Shown: in pieces, positions 52,812 to 62,598 of the stretch
Position numbering within the stretch: the first letter of the stretch is position 1
Layout of the letters: each line of letters opens with the position of its first letter
Source: Caldilineaceae bacterium
Lineage (GTDB): Bacteria; Chloroflexota; Anaerolineae; Caldilineales; Caldilineaceae
Assembly (NCBI GenBank): GCA_041391205.1
Contig: JAWKOK010000006.1
Coordinates: forward strand, 50,533-114,532
Length of the DNA: 64,000 bases
Direction: 5' to 3'
Position numbers and translations under genes: made by a program
Notes under the pieces: model-generated
The model's input: the letters and a program-made list of their open reading frames with translations, nothing else
Told to the model about the DNA's origin: nothing
Databases searched by the model: none

Positions 52812-53769
52812 ATGATGCCAACTCTTGGATATACGCTGGCAAGCGAAGAGCACGGTCCGCGCGACCTGGTGGCCTATGCGCAGGAGGCGGAGCGGATTGG
52901 CTTCAGCCATGCGCTGATTTCCGACCATTTTCACCCGTGGATCGACCGGCAAGGGCAGAGCCCCTTCGTCTGGGGCGTAATCGGCGCCGTCGCCCAGGCT
53001 ACCCAGCGGCTGACGCTGGGCACGGGCGTCACCTGTCCCACGCGGCGCATCCACCCTGCCATCATCGCCCAGGCCGCGGCCACGGCGGCGAGTCTGATGC
53101 CCGGCCGCTTCTTTCTGGGCGTGGGCACGGGCGAGAATCTCAACGAGCACATTTTGGGCCAGCGCTGGCCAGCCTACGATCTCCGCTCCGCCATGCTGGA
53201 GGAAGCGGTGGAGGTCATCCGCGCCCTATGGCAAGGTGACAGCTACACCCACTACGGGCGCTTTTTCACGGTGGAAAACGCGCGCATCTACACTCCCGGA
53301 CGAGTTGCCGCCGCTCGTGGTGGCCGCGTCGGGTTCGAAGCGCGGCTGAAATGGCGGGCCGGCTGGGCGACGGCTTGATCAGCACGGCGCCCGACAGGAG
53401 GTCGTCGACATCTTCCAGGCCCACGGCAGCGGCTCCCGTCCCCGCTTCGGGCAGATGACCGTCTGCTGCGGCAGCGATGTAGCCGCCGCGCGCCGCACCG
53501 CCCGCGACCATTGGCCGACATCGGCGCTGCACGGCGAGCTGAACCAGGAACTGCCCACGCCAACCCACTTCGAACAGGCGACCCGGGACGTGACGCCCGA
53601 CATGATCGCCGAGGTGATCGTGTGCGGCAACGACGTGGACGAACATCGCCGGCAGATCGACGCCTTCGCCGACGCCGGGTTCGACCACGTTTACCTCCAC
53701 CAGGTCGGCCCCGATCAGGATGCGTTCTTCAAGTTCTATGCGCAGGAGATTCTACCCGCCTACCAATAG
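52812..53769 (+). CDS. Luciferase-like monooxygenase family, F420-dependent oxidoreductase (G6PDH-related subfamily), frame-disrupted
   Basis: AAGGAG precedes the ATG. LGYTLASEEHGPRDLV...ISDHFHPW...SPFVWGVIGA...GTGVTCPTRRIHPAIIAQAAAT...GVGTGENLNEH closely follows the F420 G6P-family pattern. Two or three frame switches occur in 53290-53460. Confidence 0.7.
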
Positions 53770-53942
53770 CCGCGAGGTCAAAGCGGCTGTATCGACTTGT
53801 GTACCCTCCGTTCACAGGAATTCACCTATTCAACCCGCGGTCCGGTTGCCATACTTGAATTCACAGTTGACCAACGGCGCATCGCGGAAAGGTCGCCCCA
53901 CAGATCGGACGGAAAGAGATATGCAATTAAGCGATCAGGTCC

Positions 53943-54968
53943 ATGGGTAGCTGCAATTCGGGACTGCCTGGCAGCCGGCGGCGTTTTCGCATTACGCTGA
54001 GTCTGGCGTTGTCCATGCTTGCGGCCGCGGGCTGCAACGGCAGTGCGTCCGTCCTCGCGCCGCGCGGACGGGCAGCGATGGAGATCGCCGACCTGTGGTG
54101 GTTTCTCTTCTGGATGGCAACGGCCGTGCTGGTCGTCGTCCTGCTCTTTCTGGCCATCGCCCTGGTCCGGCGCCAGGGCCAACAGGCCGATGAAGAGGCC
54201 GCGGCCCGGGGTGGCTCACGCATCGTGATCTATGCGGGCATCGTCGGTCCTGCCGTCATTCTGCTGCTGGTCTTCAGCGCGACCGTGTGGACGCTGACCA
54301 AGCTGCGCTCCCCCGTGGTGGCGGATGCAAATGTAATCCACGTAATCGGCCGGCGTTGGTGGTGGGAAGTGCAATACCCGGACGCCCAGTTCGCCACCGC
54401 CAACGAGATCCACATTCCTAGCGGGCAACCGGTCCGCCTGGTTTTGACATCGCCGAATGTGCTCCACAGCTTCTGGGTGCCGGAGCTCCAGGGCAAGATC
54501 GACCTGGTGCCCGGCGCCGTCAACACGCTGTGGCTGGAAGCGGATGAGCCGGGTGTCTACCGGGGCCAATGCGCCGAGTTCTGCGGGGTGCAGCACGCCA
54601 ACATGGGTTTTCTGGTCATCGCCCAGCCGCCGGATGCCTACGCCGCCTGGCTGGAACAGCAGCGTCGAGCCGCCGGTACACCGACCGATCCACTGGCACA
54701 GCGCGGACAGGAGGTCTTCCTGAACGCGAACTGCGTGGACTGCCACACGGTGCGGGGGACGTCGGCGACGGGCAACCTGGGACCGGACCTGACCCACTTT
54801 GCCGGTCGCCGCACCTTGGCCTCGGCAACGCTCGACAACGTCCTGGGCAACCTGGGCGGCTGGGTCGCCAACCCGCAGCACATCAAGCCGGGCAGCCTCA
54901 TGCCGCCGGCGGACTTGACCGGCGTCGAGCTTCAAGCCCTGCTGGCGTACCTGGCGTCGCTGGAGTAA
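53943..54968 (+). CDS. ctaC: Cytochrome c oxidase subunit II fused to a C-terminal cytochrome c domain (caa3-type)
   Basis: CuA site HSFWVPEL...CAEFCGVQHANM; C-terminal heme-c motif NCVDCHTV; N-terminal lipobox AAAGC. Confidence 0.85.
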   Translation: MGSCNSGLPGSRRRFRITLSLALSMLAAAGCNGSASVLAPRGRAAMEIADLWWFLFWMATAVLVVVLLFLAIALVRRQGQQADEEAAARGGSRIVIYAGIVGPAVILLLVFSATVWTLTKLRSPVVADANVIHVIGRRWWWEVQYPDAQFATANEIHIPSGQPVRLVLTSPNVLHSFWVPELQGKIDLVPGAVNTLWLEADEPGVYRGQCAEFCGVQHANMGFLVIAQPPDAYAAWLEQQRRAAGTPTDPLAQRGQEVFLNANCVDCHTVRGTSATGNLGPDLTHFAGRRTLASATLDNVLGNLGGWVANPQHIKPGSLMPPADLTGVELQALLAYLASLE

Positions 54969-55066
54969 ACCGGCCACCACACCATGACCGCGAAGAGCGC
55001 AACCGTGAGGACTGCACCCATGACGACCGTGAAGACAGAACCCAATCAAGCGATGCGAAAAGCCGT

Positions 55067-57644
55067 ATGACCAGCACTACAGAGCAGCCTCTCGACGGGA
55101 CCATACCCCAGCGCCGCACGCTCCACGATAAGCCGCGGGTGCTGTCGCCGGCCGAACCGCTCCACCAGCAGCTTTCGGATCGCTGGGCGGACCCGCCGGG
55201 CTTCTTCGGCTGGTTCCGCTCGTTGCAGAACGACGCGCTGGGCGGCCGCATCATGGGCACGGCCTTCCTCTTTTTTCTGACCGGCGGCATCCTGGCGCTA
55301 TTGATGCGGGTGCAACTCTTCCGCGCCGAGAACAGCTTCCTCAGCCCGGACACCTACAACGAACTCTTCACCATGCACGGCTCCACCATGATGTACCTCT
55401 TCGCGGTGCCCATGTTGGAGGGCTTCGCCATCTTTCTCCTGCCCTTCATGTTGGGCAACCGGGAGATGCCCTTCCCGCGCCTGGGGCAGTTCAGCTTTTT
55501 CACATTTCTGCTGGGCGGCATCCTTTTCTACACGAGCTTTCTCTTCCATGCCGTGCCGGATACGGGGTGGTTTGCCTACGTGCCGCTGAGCGGTCCCGCC
55601 TATTCGCCCGGGCTCCCCTTGGATTTTTGGCTGCTGGGGCTGGGCGTGGCCGAGGTGGCCGCCATCGCCGCGGGCGTGGAGATTGTCATTGCGGTGGCGC
55701 GCATGCGAGCGCCGGGCATGGGCTTGGGCAAGATGCCCATCCTGGCCTGGGCCTATCTCATCACGGCGCTGGCTATCCTCTTCGCCTTCACGACGCTGCT
55801 GATTGCCAGTCTCCTCTTGGAGCTGGACCGCAAGATCGGCACCCAATTTTTCAATCCGAACTTGGGGGGCAGCGTCCTGCTCTGGCAACATCTTTTCTGG
55901 ATCTTCGGCCACCCGGAAGTGTACATCCAGTTCATCCCCGCCACCGGCTTCGTCTCCACCATCGTGCCGGTCTTTGTGCGCAGGCCGCTGCTCGGCTACA
56001 ACTACATCGTCATGGCGCTGATCGCCACCGGCGTGATGAGCTTCGCCCTGTGGGTGCATCACATGTTCACGGTGGGGCTGCCCCAGATCGCCATGTCCTT
56101 CTTCGCCGCGGCCAGCATCCTCATCGCCATCCCGGCGGGCATCCAGATTTTCGCCTGGATTGCCACAATCTGGTACGGCAAGCCCATCTGGCGCACGCCG
56201 TTCCTGTTCGTCATGGGCTTCATCATCACGTTCGTCATCGGCGGCCTGTCCGGCGTCATGGTGGGCGTGGTGCCCTTCAACTGGCAAGTGCACGACTCCT
56301 ACTTCATCGTCGCCCATTTCCACTACGTGCTCATCGGCGGCGTGCTCTTTCCCATCTTTGCCGCCCTCTACTACTGGATCCCGCTCTTCACGGCCAAGAT
56401 GCTCAACGAACGCCTGGGCAAGTGGAATTTCTGGCTCGTCTTCATCGGCTTTCACATCACTTTCTTTCCCATGCACATCTCGGGCTTTCTGGGCATGCCG
56501 CGCCGGGTCTACACCTATGACGCCGGCCTGGGGTGGGAGATCTACAACCAGCTCTCGACCATCGGCGCCTTTATCCTGGCGCTGGGTGTGCTGCTCTTCA
56601 TCATCAACTTTTTCTACAGCCTGCGCGCCGGTGACAAGGCGCCCAACAATCCGTGGGGCGCGGGGTCGCTGGAGTGGGGGACCGCGTTGCCGGCGCCCAA
56701 CTACGGCTTTGCCGTTCTGCCCATCGTCCACACGCGCGACCCGTTGTGGGAGCAGGAGAGCCTCTACGAGGGCGATGCGCGGCTGAAGGCCATGCTGGAA
56801 GACCTGGACCAATGGCCGCTCCACTGGCGCGGCGTTGACCACGACGGTGCTGGAGCGCGGCCGACAGAGATCTTTCACGTCTCCGGGCCGTCCATCTGGC
56901 CCTTTGTGACCTCCGTGGGTGTCATCACCATGTTTGCCGCCGAGATCTTCACGCTGCGCAGCCTGGTGGTGGGCGGGCTCATCATCGCGGCCGTGGGCCT
57001 CATCGGCTGGCACTGGCCCAATCGCATCGAGACGACCGAGCGGGAGCTGGAGTTCGAGCGCAAGCATGACATCCTGGTCTTCCCCAACGGGAGCCCCATC
57101 GTCACACGCTGGTCCATGGCGCTGATGGTGCTGCTGCTCGCGATCTGCACCTCGATCTTCGTCTTCAGCTACTTCTACATCCGCTTGCAGCAGCCCATCT
57201 GGCCCTACGACCGGATGCCGCTGCCCGATCTTCTGCTGCCGGGGATTGCCACGGCCGCGCTGGCCGGGGACGGCGGCCATGTACTGGGCGAACCGGCGCA
57301 TTGGCCGGCACAACGACACGGTGAGCCTGCGCGCCGGTCTGCTGACGGCCTTTCTGCTGGGCGCAGTCGCGGTACTCTGCGTCTATCTGGACCTGCGCCG
57401 GGTGCCGTTCGACCACACGATGAACGCCTACGGCTCGCTCTACTACACGCTCTCCATCTTCGGCGCGCTCATCATCGTGGGCGGCATGGCCCAGAATCTG
57501 TTCACCCAGGTGTGGGCGTGGGCCGGCCGCTACACGGCCCGGGAACATGTGGCCGTGGACATCGGTGCGCTCTATTGGTACGCGGCGCTGGCCCTCTGGC
57601 TGATCTTGGCCGGCACGGTCTATCTGTCGCCGCATATGGTGTGA
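55067..57644 (+). CDS. ctaD: Cytochrome c oxidase subunit I fused to subunit III (caa3-type); one frame switch near 57260
   Basis: WFFGHPEVY-type block (LFWIFGHPEVYIQ), VWVHHMFTVG, HFHYVLIGG. The C-terminal extension has subunit-III-like helices (YYTLSIFGALIIVGG...ALYWY). Confidence 0.85.
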
Positions 57645-57672
57645 GAAGAACCTGGTGTGAGAAGAACCCGTC

Positions 57673-58092
57673 ATGTCAGACACAGCGACACATGAACAGA
57701 GCAGCCCCGCCCGACGCCGGCGTGATCGCTGGCTGTGGTTCTGCGTGCTCAGCGGGCCGGTGCTCTACAGCGTCTACTTCGTCGCGGGCTACCTCTTTGC
57801 GGAGGTGACGTGCACGGCGGGACTGCTGCGCTACACCATCATGGGCCTGCAGGCCATCTCCTGGTGGATCGTGGTCATGGCGCTGCTGGCGGCCGGGGTC
57901 ACCGGCTTCAGCACGGTCAAGGCATTCACCATGTGGAAAGAGTTCGCCGCTGCGGATGAGCCGGCCGGCTTCGACGAGCGCTACGTCGCGTTCATGTCGT
58001 TTGTGGGCGCATGGGTGAGCGGCCTCTTCACCGTCGTCATTCTGGTCACCGGCACACCGGCCCTCTTTCTGGTGCTCTGCGATTGGATCTAG
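57673..58092 (+). CDS. Small 4-TM membrane protein of the oxidase operon (function unknown)
   Basis: Intact 139-aa hydrophobic ORF, tightly packed between the subunit I/III gene and the cytochrome c gene. Confidence 0.5.
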   Translation: MSDTATHEQSSPARRRRDRWLWFCVLSGPVLYSVYFVAGYLFAEVTCTAGLLRYTIMGLQAISWWIVVMALLAAGVTGFSTVKAFTMWKEFAAADEPAGFDERYVAFMSFVGAWVSGLFTVVILVTGTPALFLVLCDWI

Positions 58093-58094
58093 CC

Positions 58095-58640
58095 ATGAAG
58101 ATGCGCAAAGAATGGGTCTGGATGGTCATTGCGCTGATTGTGGTCGGATGCATCCGGCTGGGCACCCTGCCGCAAGTGGATGCACCCGAGCTGGTCCAGC
58201 CCCTCACCGTGGACGAACTTTATGGCGGCGTTCCCGTGGTCGTGCCCGACGCGGCACGAACGCGCGCCCCCCTGGCCGGCGCCACGCCCGCTGACGCACG
58301 GCTGATTCAGGATGGCCGGATCCTCTACCTGAGCAACTGCGCCCCCTGTCATCGCCCCAACGGCGAGGGCAACCTGAATCGCTTCCCGGCCCTCGCGCAC
58401 AACGCCTTTGTCACCAACCAGGCGCCGGATCCGCTCATCCGCACGGTGCTCTACGGGCGGGGCGTCATGCCGGCGTTTGCGCCCACGTTGGACGAGCAGG
58501 AGCTTGCCGCGATTCTGTCCTATGTGCGCACCAGTTGGAGCAACGACGCGCCGATCGTCCGTCCCGCCGATGTGCGGGACGTGCTGCAACAGGAACGGGA
58601 ACAGCCACGGTCCGAGTCGTCGCCGGGCGCGCCCCAGTAG
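58095..58640 (+). CDS. Membrane-anchored mono-heme c-type cytochrome
   Basis: N-terminal TM helix, CAPCH heme-binding motif, downstream GVMPAF (Met ligand region). Confidence 0.75.
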   Translation: MKMRKEWVWMVIALIVVGCIRLGTLPQVDAPELVQPLTVDELYGGVPVVVPDAARTRAPLAGATPADARLIQDGRILYLSNCAPCHRPNGEGNLNRFPALAHNAFVTNQAPDPLIRTVLYGRGVMPAFAPTLDEQELAAILSYVRTSWSNDAPIVRPADVRDVLQQEREQPRSESSPGAPQ

Positions 58641-58947
58641 ATCCGCCGAAGATGACCGTGCGACCAGTTCAAAATATGACTGGAATGTATCGCCCGAGGC
58701 CACGAAGGTACACGACGTGGCGGCCTCAAACCGCTATAGTGAAGGCGATGACGGCGTGTCGGTACAGAATCGGTGCACGAACTGTCGGCAACATGGTACC
58801 TGTTTTGGCAATGGCGCCGGAACAGCGTGCCGCAGACCGGCGCCGGCACGCCGTCCATCATCTGACAACAGTGACCTACGTACAACAATGAGGGCGATCC
58901 TCGCGCAAGTTTGCGTGGTTTCAGGCTCGCCCGGAGGGAGATTTCCA

Positions 58948-60697
58948 ATGAGATTTACATTTTCACGCACGTCCATCATGGGCGGGATGCTCATCGCCGT
59001 GCTGCTCTTGAGCGCATGTGCCGGTCTCGGCCAGACCGAAGTGGTCATCGAGCCGGAGACGCTGGAACAACGGCAGGCGGCACAGGACCAGGCGCAGACC
59101 CAGCAAGACGGCCGGATGGCGGGCGCGCAGGATGCTGCCGACGTCCTGATCACCGCCTCCTCGCTCTCGGACTACAACTTCTCCAACCGTGACGGCGAAG
59201 TGACCGGGGAGATCGAGGACGTCATCGTGGATGCGGCCTCGGGCGAAGTGCTCTACGTGAATGTGGAGTACGGCGGCTTTCTGGACCTGGGCGACACCGA
59301 ACTGCCCATGCCCTTGCGCGCCTTCGCCTGGAGCCCCGACGGCGACCTGATCCTGAACTTCGACGAACAAGCACTGGAAGACTTCCCGGATCTCGGGACG
59401 GATTGGTTCGACCCGGGTGTGGCCAGTTGGGACGACGAAGTCGCCGGCTTCTGGAACAACATCGGCTTGACGCCCCAGTTTGACTACACGGAACCGACGA
59501 ACACAGTCGTGCGGGTCGATGACCTGATCGGCTACGACATCGGTGACATCGGCCTGGGTGCCAACAATGTGGACGACCTCCTCATCGATCTGGGCGAGAG
59601 TCGCATCGAGTATGTGCTCGTCGCTTACGATCCGGGCCTGTTCAACGACGAACTGGTGGCCGTTCCCTTCAACGCCTTCCAGCCCATGGCCATCGATTCC
59701 AACACGAGTTTCAACGACGGCCAGCTCTATCTGCGCCCGGAGGTCGACGCGGCCACCATCGAGAGTGCTCCGCGCTTCACGCAGAATGAGATGACGGGCG
59801 CCAACAACTACAGCCTGTTCTCCGAAGCCGATACCTACTGGGGTGACCTGGGCTACGGCCCCAATGCAGCCTTTGACGACCAGACCGGCATGACGGACCA
59901 GTCGACCGGCACCGCCGGAGAACCGCGCGTGGAACCGGCCACGATCGCCGGCGTCGGCGGCGCTCCGGGCAACCTGGTGCGCGCCTCCAGGCTGCTGGAC
60001 TACAACATCAGCAGCGTTGACAACGACAACATCGGCGAGATCGAAGACATCCTCATCGATGTGGAGACGGGAAACATCCTCTTTGCCACGCTGGAGTACG
60101 GCGGCATCCTCGACCTGGGCGACCGGGAAATTCCCATCCCGCTCAGCGCCTTCTCGTGGGCGGGCAACAACACGCTGTCCCTGAACGTGACGGAAGAGCA
60201 ACTGGACCAGTTGCCCGAGTTGGGCAATGACTGGCCCAACGTGGCCGACGCAAGCTGGAACGATGACGTTGCCGGCTTCTGGAACAACTTGGGCGTCGCG
60301 CCCGGCTACGGTGCGACCGATTCCCAGACTGTCATGTACATCTCGAACCTGATCGACCTCAACTTGGCCGACTTCGGGCTGGGCGCAGAAGGCGCCATCC
60401 ATGACATTCTCATCGACCTGTCCAACGCCCAGGCGCAGCACGTCATCGTGGACTACGGCGGCCTCTTCGACAACGATCTGGTGGCCGTGCCCTTCAGCGC
60501 CATTGACGTCAACGTGGTGGATGACGGGTTCCAGTTCACGCCCAACGTGAGCGTGGACGTGCTCCGCAACGCGCCGGATCGATCGGGCCGGCTTCGATGA
60601 AGGTGCTCGCCTCAACGCCGGCTTCGACGACCAAATCGTCGCCTACTGGCAGGATGCCGGCTACCCGTATCAGACCACAGCCGACGACACCATGTAG
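58948..60697 (+). CDS. Acidic lipoprotein with four PRC-barrel domains (one frame switch near 60580)
   Basis: GGAGGGAG precedes ATG 58948. Lipobox LLSAC. There are four PRC-barrel-like segments (e.g. GEVTGEIEDVIVDAASGEVLYVNVEYGGFLDLGD..LPMP). The WDDEVAGFWNN(I/L)G motif occurs twice. Confidence 0.65.
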
Positions 60698-60719
60698 GAC
60701 CAGACACTCTGTCCCCTGC

Positions 60720-60758
60720 GTCCCGGTGTGGATGGCCTTCATACCGGGACGTTTTTTT
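60720..60758 (+). terminator. Rho-independent terminator after the PRC-barrel gene
   Basis: GTCCCGGT, 15-nt loop, ACCGGGAC, followed by GTTTTTTT. Confidence 0.7.
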
Positions 60759-60768
60759 CACCGTGAAC

Positions 60769-61580
60769 ATGATGATGCGACTACGAACGACGTCTTTCCT
60801 CATCTGGATAGTGGCGGCCAGTCTCCTGATTGGAGGCTGCGCCCGCTATCCCCAAGATCCGCATCAGAGCCTGGATCGGGCGCTGGCGCAGGGAACCCTG
60901 CGGGTCGGCGTGCTCCGTCACGAACCGTGGGTGATAGGCGCCGCCGGACGCGCCCGGCGGCGTAGAGGCGGAATTGATCCAGCGCTTCGCCCAAGACATG
61001 GGCATCGGCGTGAGTTGGCGTTGGGGCAACAGCGAAGATCTCTTCGAGGCGCTGGAACACTACGAACTGGACGTCCTCATCGGCGGTCTCACGTCGGCGA
61101 ATCCGTGGAGCCGACACGTCACCATGACCACGCCCTACTTCACCAACCACGTGGTCGTGGCCCTGCCGCCCGGCGCCACATTCCCGGACGGCTCGCCCGC
61201 GCCCGCGCAGACGCCGGCCCTCATCTCGCGCAACGGCGGCATGCTCGAAGAGCTGGCCTGGCTGCTCAAGCGCCAGGAGCTGGACGGCGTGACGGTTGCC
61301 GTGCGGCCGCAAAGCAGCCTGCAAGAGACCCTGCGCGGGCGCAGCGCCGTGGTGGTCGAACGGGCCGATCTCGCCGGCGCGGACGGACCCATCGCCGCCG
61401 AGGGTGGAAGTCCTGGGTCTCGGTTTCCAACCGACCGGCGCCGATCTGGAAACCGTGCACTATGTGTTGGCCGTGCCGCCCGGCGAGAACGCCCTCCTTG
61501 TCCGCCTGGAGAAGACGTTGCTCCACGACACGACACCCGCGCACATTGCGGAGCGTCTGTGGGAGGAGTCACGCAGATGA
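60769..61580 (+). CDS. Family-3 solute-binding (SBP_bac_3-like) lipoprotein, frame-disrupted
   Basis: Signal peptide with LLIGGC. The pieces GTLRVGV..., GVEAELIQRFAQDMG..., YELDVLIGGLT... are typical of polar amino-acid-type SBPs. Confidence 0.5.
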
Positions 61581-61593
61581 AGCAGACACAGCC

Positions 61594-62546
61594 ATGAAGA
61601 TTCGCCGGAACTATCACTTGCCCGAGGCGCAGCAGGAGATGCTGGGCAAAGCCGTGCGGCTGGAGTGGGTGACCATCTTCTTCCTGCTCACCATCACCCT
61701 CGTCATGTACCTGACCATGGGCGCATCCCAGGCCATGCGCACCGCCTGGATCGAGGATGTGCTGAGCCTGGTGCCCCCGATTGCCTTCCTCATCTCCGTG
61801 CGCTATCGGAAGCGCGCGCCGAGCCAGCGCTACCCCTACGGCTTCCGCCGTCTGCCGACGCTGGCATTTCTGGTGGCGGCCGTCGCCATCCTCACCCTAG
61901 GGCTGTACATGTTCTATGACTCGGCGCGCTCGCTGATCGGGCAGGAACATCCCGCCCTGGGTCAGTTCGACCTGTTCGGCTGGTACGTCTGGTCGGGCTG
62001 GGTGATGATCGTCGCCCTGATCTACAGCATGATCCGCCCCTCATCTTGGGACACATGAAGCTGCCGCTGGCCAAAAAGGTCCACGAGAAGACGCTCTACG
62101 CCGGCGCCACCATGAACAAGGACGACTGGTTGACGGCCGGCGCGGCCATTCTCGGCATCTTGGGCATTGGGCTGGGCTGGTGGTGGGCCGACTCGGTTGC
62201 CGCGGGCTTCATCTCCATCGAAGTCGTCATGGACGGCTACAAAAATGTGCACCAAGCCATGGCCGACCTGGCCGATCAGCGCCCGACCAAGGTGGGCGGC
62301 AATGAGCCGCTGGATCTCCCCGATCGGCTGTGCACGGAAGTCCGCAACCTGCCCTTTGTGGCCGACGCCGACGTCCGTCTGCGCGAGGAGGGCCACGTCT
62401 TTTCCGGCGAAATATTTGTCGTGCTACGCGATGCCGCCGCCGGCGAAGAGAGCGTGACGCGCATGGTGGAACAAATCGCCGATTTTGCCACGCAACTGGA
62501 CTGGCGCCTCTACAGCCTGGACGTCATGCCGGTGACCCACCTGTAG
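61594..62546 (+). CDS. Cation diffusion facilitator (CDF) family transporter, one frame switch near 62035
   Basis: TM region with AWIEDVLSLVPPIAF...YPYGFRR, and a C-terminal cytoplasmic alpha/beta domain. Confidence 0.65.
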
Positions 62547-62598
62547 CCGCTGTCGGGCGCCGCAGTGAGCGAACGCATCTGAAAGGACAAGAACACCC

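Noticed and set aside
54984-55070. 28-codon ORF (MTAKSATVRTAPMTTVKTEPNQAMRKAV) between oxidase subunit II and subunit I, overlapping the subunit I start.
   Set aside because: It has no RBS and no hydrophobic segment of the kind expected for small oxidase subunits. It could not be distinguished from chance at this length.
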